64,000 nt of DNA. Origin: Mobula hypostoma (taxonomy: Eukaryota). The notes below the pieces were generated by a model. It was given only the letters and a program-made list of their open reading frames with translations, was not told the origin of the DNA and searched no databases. Position numbers and translations under genes: made by a program. Location of the stretch: assembly GCF_963921235.1 (NCBI RefSeq), contig NC_086109.1, positions 18,106,001 to 18,170,000 on the forward strand. The letters run 5' to 3'. Below are positions 1 to 13,697 of the stretch, piece after piece (positions within the stretch are counted from its first letter, which is position 1; every line of letters starts with the position of its first letter).

Positions 1-363
1 GCCTTGGAAGCAGCCGACCACAGCAGACACCGAGTCCGTCTGTCCGAAAACTTCGAGCCTCTGACCAGCCCCTCCGATACAGCCTCCCGAGCGCCATCCT
101 CTGCCGAGCGCCTTCGACCTAGCCCCGGCCGCCAAAACAAGCAAACCCAAGGATTCGGGGCCTTCTGCTCCGGAGATTCCGGTTACCACACAGTAGCAGC
201 GGCAGCGAAGCGGGATTTTCAGAAGTTTCTCCAGATGTTCCTCCGTACTCCCACATCTGTTTCCATCAAATCAGAATTGTAGACGGTCCCCTACTTGACA
301 GATTACAGATATCATTCACTGGAGAGGCCGCGTTTGCTGCGTCCCACCATCTTCTCCTCCTCC
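1..363 (-). mobile_element. 5' portion of a non-autonomous LINE-derived (Rex1-tailed) element, truncated by the window edge
   Basis: The reverse complement aligns by eye with 24302-24600. The GC-rich 5' end begins GGAGGAGAAGATGGTGG. Confidence 0.7.
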
Positions 364-1026
364 ACAGGTGCATTTGGTGCGTTTTGCAAGATTTGATATT
401 GAACAATGGAGGGCTACGTAGGAGGGAAGGGTTAGATTGAACTTGGAGTAGGTTAAAATTGTGGGCTGAAGGGCCTGCACTCTGTTGTAATGTTCTAAGT
501 TCTATGGTCTACAATCTCCATTAGGGACTCCTGCAATATGAAATGTAAGAATGTGTAGGAGTAGAGAAAAACAGCACCATCCATCAGACCTTGGAACATC
601 TTTACTTTGTGAAATAACTTGAGCTTCTTCCCTCAGGCTGTGGGACTAATGAATGCCCTGCCACCCCCGAGGTCTTGTCAGTAGAATACTGAATTGTTTA
701 CATCTTACCCCTGCTGCATAGTACAAGTATCTTGAATTATATTTTATTAACTTGCTTGTGGTCATATTTTGTTTTATGCACTGTGGGTGATTCAGGGATA
801 TGTGTTCTGGAGGAATGTTCTCTTGTTTGGTTGTATATACGTACCGTCAGATGACAATAAACTTGAACTTGAATAACTGTAAGTTGTTCACTGACAGGCT
901 GTCTTAACAGAGGTGTGATGTCATTGGCAGAACTTCCTTGTGTCCTCTCAATGGAACACTAAGCATCTCCCATTATTGTTCCCTCGTGTTGCAATGTCAG
1001 TTTCCCCAGCTTATGCTCATAGCATC

Positions 1027-1274
1027 TGTTACGTTTTGTAACTTCAAAACATTAAACTAATTCAAAGAAAGACACGGGAGTCTGGGACTACGGGTCTAAC
1101 TTCATGTTCACTTTAAGCGAGGTGCGCGTGTGCACGTTGGTAGCAGGATGACATATGCAATTCACACATTTATACATATAATTTGTAATGAAATATTTAA
1201 ATGACAATAATGCTTAACCAACCAATATATATACAAGATTACTCAAATATTAGCTAAATACGGAATTCCCAACA
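1027..1274 (-). mobile_element. Gypsy solo LTR with 5-bp TSD
   Basis: TGTT...AACA termini, GCATC on both sides (1022-1026 and 1275-1279), homologous to the LTRs at 10110 and 13231. Confidence 0.88.
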
Positions 1275-2059
1275 GCATCATGAGGCCTCAAATAGCGCCA
1301 TGCTACCCTATTTCCAGAACTCACACAAGCTCACAGAATTCCTCCTATCCCTTCTTTCTTCCATATTATTGGTGGCCTTGCCTTCAGTCTTAGAGGCTGT
1401 GGAACTTCCACCATAACTGCAGATGCTGGAAATAGGAAATGAAAGCAGAAAATGCTGATAGAAGGTCTCAGATCTTCAAAGGCTTTGCCTTAAAAAAGGT
1501 GGCTTCCATTATTAACAACCCTCATCATCCTGAACTACTATCAGAGAGCAGGCACAGGTACTGAAAGCCACACACTCAGTGTTTTAGGAACAGCTTCTAC
1601 CTCTCCATCGGATTTCTGAACGGACAATGAACCAACCTGTGAACACCACCTGTCTAGTTTTTGGCTCTCTTTTTGCACTAATTATTTAATTTAATTTTAC
1701 GTGCATATTTATAATGGTAATTCATGGTATTTTATGTTTAGTATTGTACCACTGCTGCAATACAACACATTTCACGATAGATGCCAGTGATATTAAACCT
1801 GATTCTGATTCCGATTCTGAAATGAAATGGTAACTTTGTTTCTCTTTTCACAGATGTGGTCTGACCATTTGAGTGTTTCCAGCATTTAAAAAAAAATTTT
1901 AGCCCTTCTTTAAGGATTTCGGCTTTCCTTCAGTTCTTCAAAACCTTCCTTCTGTTCTTCAAATCATCCTTCAATCAATTCACTCCTTTCAATCTCTCCA
2001 TTCTTTTGGGTTTGGTGTCCAGAACTTGGGACTTTTTTTTCTATGATGGTGATGAGTTA

Positions 2060-2400
2060 AGAAATCATAGCTTTCACTCCTGGGTATGCCATATTACTGG
2101 AGGTTACGTCATTCAGATAAGATGCTAAACCGAGACTCCGTATGCTCTTTCAGCTGGGTAATGGCACTACTTTGAAGAAAATTGGGGGAAGCTAACCCTG
2201 ATGCTTTGCCAATACTTATGCGCAATAATAGTGCAAAAGTAGATCGTACAGGTATTGTTGAACTGTTGCTTGTGGGAGCATGCTGTGTTCAAATTGGTTA
2301 TCTTATTTCAACAGCGATTATGCCTAAATGGCTTAACAATGCTTTGGGATGCCTTAAAGAAGATAGGAAAAGCACAATAGAAATCCAAGTCTTTTTGTAT
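2060..2400 (+). mobile_element. Old DeuSINE-like SINE (SacSINE1/AmnSINE-type core)
   Basis: TCAGATAAGATGCTAAACCGAG...ATGGCACTACTTTGAAGAA...GCTTGTGGGAGCATGCTGTGTTCAAATTGG resembles the Deu-domain consensus. Boundaries approximate. Confidence 0.55.
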
Positions 2401-4546
2401 TTTGCTAAACATTGTTGCTTCTTGAAGTAATGTCATGTGAATTGTCTCTTTATAGAGCATGGTTATAGAGTACTACAGCTCTGAAACAAGCCTTTTGGGT
2501 CCATTTAGTCTGTGCCAAAATGTTATTTTACCAAGTCACATCAACCTGCACCCGGACCATACCCCTCCATACCTCTGCCATCCATGTACTTAACCAAACT
2601 TCTCTTAAAAGTTGCAGTCAAACCCATATCCACCACTTCTGCTGACAGCCCACTCCACACTTGTACCACCTTCTGAGTGACTATGTTTTCCCTCAGATCC
2701 CCCTTAAATATTTTTACCCTTTCACCCTTAACTTATGACCTCTAGCTCTAGTCTCACCCAACCTCAGTGGAAAAAGCCTATTTGCATTTACCCTATCCAT
2801 CCCTCACAGCTTTGAATACTGTTCCTCCATTAAATCTCCCCTCATTCTCCCACTTTCCTGGAAATAAATTCCTTTAAATACCTTGTGATACAGTGCCCTC
2901 ACTTCTCTTTTTCAAATCAGTAACAAATGTTGTGATTGTGTCGATGTTTTAGACAGTGTTAAACTTTGCCAAGGTCACATGCTAATGGTCTGATACTCCG
3001 GCTATGAAAGCACATAATTGTAAATCAAAACCTTTTACCAGCAGCTGTGATCCGGAAGTTGCTGATTTACACTCCCTCTCCTTTGTGTTGCCAGGGTGTA
3101 ACAGAGAACAAGAATGTCCCTGTTTAAAGAAAGGAAGCTTTCATGACCTTGGGATCTGTTGTGAGGATCGTCGGGGCCTCTCTTCCACCCATCCAAAATA
3201 TTTATCAGGAGCGCTGGGTACACAGAGCCCTTAACATTGTTAATGATCCTTCCAATCCATCCCACAATCTCTTTAATCCCTTACCATTAGGCTGAAGGCA
3301 GCATTAGGCCAAGGGCTGTTAGGATGGGGAACAGCTTCTTTCTTCAGGCTGTGAAAGTACTGAACTCCCTGCCACTACCCAGGTCTCATCACTTATGAAG
3401 CACCAGTGGCGTTACACTATGTACTTCCTAACTTGTGTCGCAAATGCATGCTAAAGCCAAACATCAATTTTCTGGAAAATACGTTACTAGCTGTTAATTT
3501 ATTTGTGGTATTACCACTGTAGGTGTTGTGTGTGAGTTATACGTACTGCGTTGTTCCACTTGGTCTGGCGGAACTTTGTTTCATTTGGCGGTGTACATGT
3601 ATACCGTTGAATGACAATAAACTTGAACCTCAGGATGTTCAAAAGTGGATGAACTCTTTTGGTCACTAATATAATACAGGGAAATATGGCAACCAAGCTG
3701 AACACAGCAAACTCCCTTCCAAGCAGCAACGTGACGAATAACTAGATCATCTATTCGGGAGTTGCAGCTCGAGGGACTGATGCTCATCGTGGGACCTCGT
3801 GACTTTGCTTCAGGTGGCGTATCTTCATGAAGCACTGGAGAGCAGGGAAGCAGATAGGAGCAGGGTAACCTGCACAGAATGCTGGAGGAACTCAGCAGGT
3901 CAGGCAGCACCCAGAGAGAGAGTAATAAACAGTTTATATTTGAGGCTGAGGTCCTTCATCAGGACTGTGTTTAAGAAAGGAGCAGGATTAGGTTACCCGG
4001 CCCTTCGAGCCTGCCCCTCCACTCAATGTGGCTGAGTTTTCAGTCCTCAAATCCTTTCCCCTGATCTTTTAAAGAAATTTCTAGCTTCCCCTTTAAATAC
4101 TAACAATTATCTACCCTCCTGTAAAGGTTTCCAGAGAGGGAAGCAATATCCTCACTTAATTTAAAGGTTGACACCTCTGATGAGACACCATTCTTCTGGT
4201 CTACGTTGTCATGCCTTTGTCATGCCTTTGATGCTTATATGACAGAATGTTCTGGAAGAGAATAATGAGTGAGTAAATGTATATTATAAGTATTTGACAG
4301 TTTCTGCTCATCTGCACATAGCAGCAACTTTCTATGGAATATGGGGTCTCAAGAGCTGTACACCATACGGTATGTAACAGACCGTTTGATTGATCCCATC
4401 TACAATTATAATCAATCACTCACATCTCCACCAATGCACAGTTGCAGCATTGGTCATAAGTCTGAATAGCTAACCTTGTTCTTTCATCCACAGGTGCAGC
4501 CTGGCCAGTAAAATTTCCAGTATTTTCTGCTTTTATTCCTGTTCTT

Positions 4547-4895
4547 TGTCTTACAGTCTATCAACCAGATCTTTAACCTATGCCCGTCAGGTCTGCACAG
4601 GCAGGTACCTCCCAGTATCCACCCACCTGCTACTCGTTTCCAACTCATCACCTGCAGCCTATTTAAACCCAGCTCTCATCCACTATCCTTGTTCACTCAT
4701 TCGAACCAGCTAATCTCAACCAGTTGCTCCCAGCCTTCTGTTACCTTGTTCTGTTGAGTATCAGCTCCCACCCCCATTGTTTATTATTAAAGTTATCGCT
4801 CCAGGCTAAACTTGTACTTGCAGCTTTGCGTTTGGATTAAGACTTCGCTATGGTTCCTGACAGGAGTAGTGAGCCAATGATTGACCCAGCAGAGT
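4547..4895 (+). mobile_element. Probable LTR and leader of a second Gypsy family
   Basis: TGT...TGACA bounds (about 4547-4862), TATTTAAA and ATTAAA signals, then a short spacer and a TTGACCCAGCAGAG sequence resembling a decayed MDPA gag start. Confidence 0.4.
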
Positions 4896-6903
4896 ACACT
4901 CACCTAAAGGAAGTCGTCTATCAACAGGAGTGTGTCCTGGGTGGTGGGGGTCTCTGATGATGGATGCTGCTTTCCTGCGACAGCACTTCATGTAGATGTG
5001 TCCAATGGTTGGGCGGGCTTTGCCCATGATGGACTGGGCCATCTCCAATGGAGGTGTATAGATATTGCTTTTTGTAGAGCGTGGTGACTGTCTGGAATTC
5101 TATCCCTTGGCTGGTTGTGGAATCCAAATCGTTAGATGTATTTAAAGAGAAAGTAGATAAATTCTTGAAGATAAGGAAGTGGAGGGCTTTGGGCAATTGG
5201 CAAAGAAGAGGAGTTGAGGTTTGTGGTAAAGATAAAGAGAAAGATTAAAGATTAGTATTATTTCTCAGATGGACATTGAAATATATAGTAAAATGTGTCG
5301 TTTGCATCAAATCAAATCAGCGAGGATCGTGCTGGGCAGCTCACAAGTGTAACTATGCATAGTTTGTCCAAAACTTACCAAACCTAACTGTATGTCCTTG
5401 AAATGAGGGAGAAACTAGAGCACCTGGAGGAGACCTATGTGGTCATGGGGCAAATGAACAAACTCCTTATAAAGAACGATGGGAATCGAACCCAATACTG
5501 TAGCTTGCACTGTAATGTGTTGTACTAACCACTATCCTACTGTGCAGCCCTATTTGGGGCAGGTAAGCCATAATCATAGTGAACGACGGGGAAGGCTTGA
5601 GGGGTCAGGTGGCTTATTCCTGCTTTTATTTTCTAGTGTTCTTGTGTTTTTGTATACTTCAGTCAGGCCGTTTCATTTCCTGCACCTTCTTCTTTGCAAG
5701 AACAAATCACGACTACATTTTGTTAGAAAAACTAGAAATGCAGTATACTTTTCAATGATAAAAGCTCGTTAAGCATTGACATTCAAAAGAATTTCGAGGT
5801 TTGTCTTCCAGTGTCGCAAATGGTTAATAAACTAAGCAATCAGGAAATCAAATAACCTGGTTGCCTCAATTAAAAATGGTGTTAGCATTGTAAGAGTAAC
5901 AAAAGACTTTGATACCAAAACGTCTGGAACACTGTGTAAAGTTTTGGTCCTGTCATCTGTGTCATCAGAATGGAAAAACTTGCCATCAAGGTCGATATTA
6001 AGAATGAGAACCATCTTGTAAGGAGAGAGAAAGTAACATAGACCGATATATCTTTGTATAGAGAACAAAACTTTGAACAGTACAGTCCAGTACAGGCCAG
6101 TTTGCCCATGATGTTTCACTGGCAAGCTACTACAAGAGCAACCTAATCTTTTCCTTCCATATAGCCCTCTATTTTTCTTCCATCCATGTTCCTATCTAAG
6201 AGTCTCTTAAATGTCCCTAAAGTACCTAATATTCCATGCATTTACCACTCTGGCTTCTTGTTTTAGCCATTTCCAACCTGGGGAAAAGACTGTCCACTCT
6301 ATCTATGCCACTTATCATCTTACACACTTCTATCAAATCACCTCTCATCCTCCTTCTCTCCAAAGAGAAAAAACATGTCTCTGCCTCTACAACCACTCAT
6401 GGCAGCATGTTCCATGCACTTATTGCTTGCCTCTGACATCCTGCCTATACTTTCCTCCAACACGTTAAAGCTCAACCCCCTGTATAAGCCATGTACATCA
6501 AAGTTGCTGGTGAACGCAGCAGGCCAGGCAGCATCTCTAGGAAGAGGTACAGTTGACATTTCAGGCTGAGACCTTTCGTCAGGACTAACGAATAGCTTCC
6601 ACATCCTTCCTATAATGAGGCAATCAGAACTGAGCACAATATTCCAAATATGGTCTGAGAAGAGTTTTATAGAGCTGCAATATTACCTCACTGGCTCTTG
6701 ATCTCAATTCCCCAACTAATGAAGGCCAACACACCATATGCCTGAAGAAGTATTCTTAGTGAAACTAATAAAAGAATTAGGTTTATCGGGCCACATGGTC
6801 TACTGCTCATTCTTATTCTGGTTGTGGGGAAGGGTTGCTTCAGCTGACACAGTTTCTTTGTTTTTTTTTGCAGCCGCATAGATTGGAAGAAGGAATAAAT
6901 AAA

Positions 6904-7021
6904 ATGAAGAAGTTTAAGCGTCGATTCTCACTGTCGGCCCACAGAACAGAAACCATCGAGGAGTCGCTTGCCGAATTTCAGGAACAGATCACTAACCAGA
7001 TAAACAACAGGAAGAATGATA
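6904..7021 (+). CDS. CDK18: CDK18 first coding exon (exon 6874-7021, ATG at 6904)
   Basis: Polypyrimidine tract and CAG acceptor at 6871-6873. Encodes MKKFKRRFSLSAHRTETIEESLAEFQEQ, matching the CDK18 N-terminus (human MKNFKRRFSLSVPRTETIEESLAEF). GTGAGT donor at 7022, phase 1. Confidence 0.93.
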
Positions 7022-7119
7022 GTGAGTAACCTGAGTACACTGTTAGATAGATTGTAGATCGATATAACTGGCTGACTGTCCGTCATACTGTAGGATTATG
7101 ACTGATCCTGGTAGATCTA

Positions 7120-7668
7120 CAGTCAGTGGTCAGTTTATTAGGTACCTCCTATACCTAGCGGAGTGCCCACAAGATGGTCGACTGCTGCTGATGCCCATCT
7201 ACTTCAAGGTTTGACGTGTTGAGCATTCAGAGATACCCTTCTGCACACGACTGTCATAATGTGTGGTTGTATGAGTTATGGTCACCTTCTTGTCAGCTTG
7301 AACCAGCCTGGCCATTCTCTTTTGATCTCTCTCATTAACTAGGTGCTTTTGTCCATGGAATTGCTGCTCACTAGATGTCTTTTTGTTTTTTGTAAACTCT
7401 ATTGACTGTTGTGCATGAAAACACCAGGCAATCAGCAGTTTCTGTGAGATACTCAAACCACCCCATCTGGCACCAACAATCATTCCATAGTCAAAGTCAC
7501 TTAGATCACATTCCTACCCTTTCTGATGTTTAGTCTGAACAACAACTGAACCTCTTGACCACGTCTACGTACTTTTAAGTATTGAATTGCTGCCACACGA
7601 TTGGCTGGTTAGACATTTGCATTAATGAGCAGGTGTATAGGGGTACCTAATAAAGCGGCCACTGAGTG
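7120..7668 (-). mobile_element. Non-autonomous Tc1-like DNA transposon
   Basis: TA-flanked TIRs CA(G)TCAGTGG..TTTATTAGGTACC / GGTACCTAATAAAG..CCACTGAGTG. ORF 7199-7483(-) is a decayed Tc1 transposase N-terminal HTH region (MIVGARWGGLSIS...RMARLVQAD). Confidence 0.85.
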
Positions 7669-7900
7669 TATATTGGCTGACCATAAAGCATCTTTCTAGT
7701 GGTGATCCACTTGATGAGATTTGATCTTTTATCCAAAATAATGGGTAATATGTATTTAAGTGAATAGTCCACCAGGCACTTTGCTGTTGTATTTGACGTC
7801 CCAGATGCTGACTAGATCTACACTCAATCATGCATACAAAAAGATGAGTAAGCCCAACAAAGAACCAGCTGAAGCTGACTTTTTTTATTCAATGCTTGTT

Positions 7901-7904
<4 letters not shown>

Positions 7905-7950
<46 letters not shown>

Positions 7951-8077
7951 CAGACAGACATAGAAGAGAGTGGAGGAGAGAAGAAGGAGGAGGGGGAGGG
8001 AGGGAGAGAGAGAGAGAAACAGGGACAGAGAGAAAGAGAGAGACAGAGAGAGAGAGAGAGTGTGAGAGAGAGAGAGA
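7905..8077. repeat. (AG)n microsatellite and purine-rich low-complexity tract
   Basis: Pure AG run of about 44 nt followed by a degenerate AG/GA tract. Confidence 0.95.
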
Positions 8078-10109
8078 AATGAACAAATTAACATTCATAT
8101 CCACAACCCAGCACGTGTTCTACCTTCATGATTTGTGAGGGGAACATGATCGAATAGCTTAGGGGGTGACAGGAGTCTAGATCAAACAGCTGGGAAATGT
8201 GTGTGGAGAGAGAGAGATAGAGAGTGAGTGATTGAGAGAGAGAGAGGTGGGGGGGGGGAGAGAGAGGGAGAGGGAGACACTCTTATATCCAGAACCCAGC
8301 ATGTGTTCTACCTACAGAAAAGGTAAGAATAAAATTATGAAGAGAAGGGTATTCATCCCTCGTCGTGCTCTGAATCAACAGTGGGTGACCTGTACTGCAT
8401 TTATCTGCCTTCCCCCCGTTGTCGTGCCTTAATACCTCAAGTCAAACAAAAATCTCCCCATTTGAAAGTTGTTTAAATCTACAGTTTATCAGAGCAGATT
8501 GATAAAGATTTCCATCATCTGTTGGGTGAGTAAATGCTTTTTCTGAATTGAGTTTTCTCCTGACTAGCCTGCTTTAATTATATTGTTTTATAAATGCACA
8601 GTAAAGGGATGTTCTGTGCTAATATAAGGCAATATTAATCGTAAAATTCACCACGCCCTGGATGACATCTAATTAACATACAGTAAACGGTTATTGTTAA
8701 CTGCATCTCTTGTGTCAACATTCACAAAACAATATTTTCTGAGTGTTATTTGTCCAAATGCTACACACTAACAGCTCTCTTGAACCCATGTGTCACTCCT
8801 GCTCAATTTTGTAGTTATCCAGCGCCTACGTAGCCTCCAGGCAGCTGCAGTTACTGTCACAGTCTGCGTGTACCTTCACTAAATACAATTAAAGCACTCA
8901 AATCACAGACAATGGTGTTGAAGCTTGGAGTGAAGAGTGTGGAAATAATGAAGCACAACAATTGGATTCAAGCCAGTGACATTATGTTTCCTACAGTTTT
9001 ATACAGCATCATTTAAACATTATTTAAGGTCTGTGTCCTAGAAATGTAATGGCTTGTTTATCCTAAGTGCTATGGGATTGAATTGTTTGGCAAATTGATT
9101 GCTTGAATGGAATGCTAGATGAGACTGGGACCTTATAGAAGTGCCTTGCACACTCTGAAACATTGGATCGTATAAAATAAGCACATACAGCAGCGATTTT
9201 CAATCACAGAGTGCCATTACTACTGCCTAGTTGGCCTCTTGTTTATTTTATATGCTGGAAAATAGTGGTAGCTGAGCACAGGGAAGTAGAAAAGGGCAGA
9301 GTACCACACACTCATGCTTTATGGGGACATGCTCTCTCCCTCACTTTTACTCCATTTCAGTTGAGATTAAAGAGGGTGGGGTAACACGCCGATAGATTGA
9401 GAAAGGGCAGGGGCATTAAGGGTATTTGGGCTGCCATGCTGTTTGGCCTGTACTGTTGTTGGGATATTTGCTGGAGCAACAGAAAAGTTCTCTGTGAGGA
9501 ATAGCATTGCCAAAATTATTCTCAGGTTCTCCACTCCAGCACCTTCTCTCTTAAATGCTCAGAGACAGGGGAGGCAAGGTAGTGTGGTGGTTAGCATAAG
9601 GTCAGGGTTTGCTTTCTGCCACTGTAAGGAGTTTGTACGTTCTCCCCATGACTGACTGGGTTCCCTTCAGGTGCCCCAGTTTCTTCCCACACACCTGATG
9701 AAAAGTCTCGGCCGAAAATGTCAACTTTTTATTCTTTTTCATAGATGTTGCCCAATGAAGGTCTTAGCCCAAATCATTGCCTGCCTATTCTTTCAATAGA
9801 TGCTGCCTGGCCTGTTGAGTTCCACCAGTATTTTGTGTTTTACTCTGGGTTTCCAACATCTGCAGAGTCTCTTGTCTTCACAATAAGGGGTTGTTGGTTT
9901 CAAACACCGATGTGTAAGGCTATCTTCTCTTTGAAGAGCTCTTGAAGTAAGAGAGCTATGAAGGCTGATTTATTCTCTCAGGCTGAGAAAGGCAGGTCTT
10001 GGCCCATAGAGGCTTACAGGATGCAAGCAGGAAGAGAGAAGCTGATGACAATCAAATCAGCCATGACCTCACTGAATGATGAAGCAGGCTCAACACACTA
10101 TATGGTCTC

Positions 10110-13100
10110 TGTTATGTTTTGTAATTCCAAAAGATTAAACTAATTGAAAGGAAAAGATGAGGGTCTGAAATGCAAATCTAGCTTCGTGTTTACTTTAAGT
10201 GAGATGTGCAAGTATGCCATTTCCGTACTGTTACATATACCCTGCAATGCATTATGTAACTATCAAAGGATGCTTAATCAACAATATATTTACAATATTA
10301 CACAAATATTACTGAAATATTAGATACACAACACTACCCCGCTTAGCTAAAAACTCCAACTCAATATATGATGCATCTCAATTATATACCCAATATACTA
10401 TGCAATACAACTATTTTGCTGATATCCACAGCATAGTAAGTTTTAAATTGTCCCATTCAGGCATAAAGATTTAATCACTGTAGAGGATTTCATACTTTTT
10501 TTTTGACGGGGGAGATTGGGGTTGGGGGGGTCACTCTGCTTGGCAGGTGAGACTTGTTGCTGTGAAACCATCTCAGGTTCTGAGCCCCCCTCCTTGGTGG
10601 TTGCAGGGATTGACTCTAGGATAGAGGAAGTGGTTCTGATAGCTCTGAGCACCTTTCTTCTCTAACAATTGCCTCTGCTATTCTCAACTGATCCATGTGT
10701 CATCTCCAGATGCTATCAGAAGCAATCTCCACTGTGTAGCAGAGTGATCCAGTTCTGTCCTTAATCTATTGGAGTACCTGCTTTAGATCATCTCTGTAGT
10801 CCACCGCAGGACGGCTTGTCCAGGAGTGGAACATCAAACCTCCTTGTTTGAAGAGTCCTCAATTCATCTCAACTGTTTGTCCTGCAAACTCCTTCTGAGA
10901 TTGGGTTTGAAAAAAACCTGTTCCAGTAATTGACAAATCCTAAAAAAAAACTGCTACTGTGACATGTCCTTTGACCTTGGGGCATCTAGCACTGCTTGAA
11001 TTTTCTTAGCACACTTGTGTAATCCTTGTGCACCAATAGTGTGACCACAGTAACTGATGCTTGATTTAATGAATTCACACTCCTTGTATTGTGCTCTGAG
11101 ACCATAATCTTCTAATCTTCTTAACACTGTCTTGAGATTTTGGAGGTGTTCTTTTTCAATTTTAGTAGCAACAATGATAACATCCAGGTAACACTGAGTG
11201 TCTGGGCAGTCTTGTAGCACCTGGTCCATAGCTTTCTGACAGAGTACACGTGCAGATAGTAATCCAAAATTAAGTCTATTATAGTGGTAATTCCCATTGT
11301 GAATGTTTATGATGAGAAACACATTGGACTCTTCTTTTTTCTCCATCTGTAGGTAGGCCTCAGCTAAGTCCACTTTGCTGTAGTGCTTTCCTCCAAAAAG
11401 GTTGTGAAGATATCCTCTATCTTGGTCAGTACTATGTTGATGGTGACCTTAAAATCACCGCAGATCCTTACAGACACATTCTTCTTGGCTACTGGGACCA
11501 CTGACATTGCCCATGGACTCCACTCAACCTTGAAAAGAATTTCTTCCGCCTCCATCAGATCTAGTTCACTGGCTACTTTATCACAGATGGTATAAGTAAT
11601 GAGACAGACTATGCAAAACTTCAGTGTAGCATTTTCATTTAACATTATTTTACTCTTGATATATTTGAATTTTCAAATGGCATCCTCAAACACTGCTGTG
11701 GCATCATAAATTACCTGTCTTAATTCTCTTGCAGTTGACTCTATTGCAGGAGATGTGGCATGCACATGGTGGATGGATCTCCAATCAAGCTGTAGTTGTC
11801 TCAGTCAATCATATCCACACAATGCTGGCCCTCCTGTTTTTACCATATACAAGCCCAAAGTGGCTTCTTGGTTGTTGTGCTTCACTTTTATAAATACCAT
11901 TCCCACAGGATTTATTTGTTTCTGGTATAAATTCTTAGTTGAATATCTGCAAGCTTCAGTTTTGTATTTTTGAAATAGCATTCAAACTCATTTTGTGCAA
12001 TAACTGAAGCAACTGAGCCAGTGTCCAATTCCATTTTAATTAATTTGGCATTTACTTCTGGCACAAGCCATATTGCTTGTCTATTGTAAGTTTTCGCTTT
12101 GTAAATCTCAAGGCTACTTAGTCCTATGTCTCTCTCATCATTATCTAATTTTTCATCATCAGCATACAGATTAGAGTTCCTTTTGAAGCTGCAATTTGAC
12201 TTTTTATCTTTTTCTCTTTCTTGTGCAGTCCATTTATTTTTGTCTGCCTGACCTGTTCCTTGTATGTGTCCTTTGTTACTTTTTCTTCAAGCTTCACCTT
12301 TAAATCTGCATCGGTTTGGTGTATGTGAGCCCCTGCCACAATGGTAACACAATTTGTTTGGCCAGGCAGGGTTCTGTTTAGATGTTGCAATTTTGTTTAT
12401 GCTCATTTTCATTCCTGACTGCAACTCAATTGTGTCTCTGTCTTCTGTGTCCATTGCTACAGTTATTTCAACTGCTCTTTTAAATGTAAGGTGTGCTTCA
12501 GTTAGGAGCCATTTTTGAATGCTTTCTTGTAAGATTTCACAAATTAAATGATCTCTCACTGCATCATTAAGCCTATCACTGAACTGATAAAGCTCAGACA
12601 AGTTCTTCATTCAACCTCTTATGCCAAAATGGACACCTCTTCCTTTTGATTCTGCTTATGAAACCTAATGTGTTCTGCAAGTAACGATGGTTTCAGTTCT
12701 AATGGATTCTGCATTCATGCATGATATCAGTAAAAGTCATTTCTGCTGGTTTCATTGGAGCAGTGAAACTCCTAAGCAAACTATATGCTTTTGCACCCAA
12801 TGCACTCAGCATGACTGGTACTTGTTTATAATTGGGTATTCCATTTTCTTTAAAGTACTGCTCTTTCCATTCAATATACATATTCCATCTCTTGTGCAAT
12901 GGAATATGTCTATCTTTCCGATGTTGCCAGTCATTTCCACTCTTCTTTTTCTCACTCCTTTTTTTGTCACCAGGTACTCATTGTTTATGAACCCGTGAAT
13001 TCTAACATTTTCTGCCCATTTTTTTAACTTGACAGTGTCTGTCCCATCCCAAAGAAACACGTGCTGCCTTGCTCTTCTTTTTAATCTCATACGTCTTCTC

Positions 13101-13476
13101 CTCTTGTGAAGAAAGCACTGCACTTTTTTAACTCTAATGATTTTCTGTGCTTTCTCTAGACTCGAATGTCTTGCTGCACTTCAACAGGTAGGCAGTCATC
13201 ACAGGTCATTTAAACCTTCCTCATCACCACTGTTATGTTTTGTAACTCTGAAACAATAAGCCAATTGAAAGGAAAAGATGGGAGTCCGAAATGTGAGCCT
13301 GTCTTGGTGTTTAGTTTAAATGAGGCGAGCATGTATCACGTGGTGACGTGATGATGTATGTCATTTAAGTACTTTTACATAAAACAACAATGCATTATGT
13401 AAACAACAAAGAATGTTTACTCAACAACATATTTACATTATTACTCAAACATTACTGAAATAATAAATACACAACA
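10110..13476 (-). mobile_element. Decayed Gypsy/Ty3 LTR retrotransposon, internally deleted
   Basis: LTRs at 10110-10333 and 13231-13476 (TGTT...AACA). PBS-like TGGTGATGAGG and PPT-like AAGCGGGGTAG on the minus strand. Gag with CYHCGRGSHTPNRC knuckle, protease MELDTGS (about 12015-12035), RT fragments (SPWA..VVPV, RICGDFKVTIN, YLDVI). Confidence 0.92.
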
Positions 13477-13697
13477 ATCTACTCATACTCTTATTTCCTG
13501 ATGAAGGGTCTCAGCCTGAAACATCAGCTGTACTCTTTTCCATAGGTGCTGCCTGGCCTGCTGAGTTCCTCCAGCACTTTGTGTGTGTTGCTCTTATTTC
13601 TTATTTTGTTAGTCCCCATTCTAATCAATCACGATGCTGTACTGTACTTTGGACTTGGCCCCCAGTTTAAGACTTTCACAGTTGGGGAAAAAATAAG

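Noticed and set aside
7889..8138. RE- and SL-repeat ORFs (also 45085-45551, 46294-46905 and 47938-48393)
   Set aside because: Artefacts of microsatellites and pyrimidine-rich Penelope termini.
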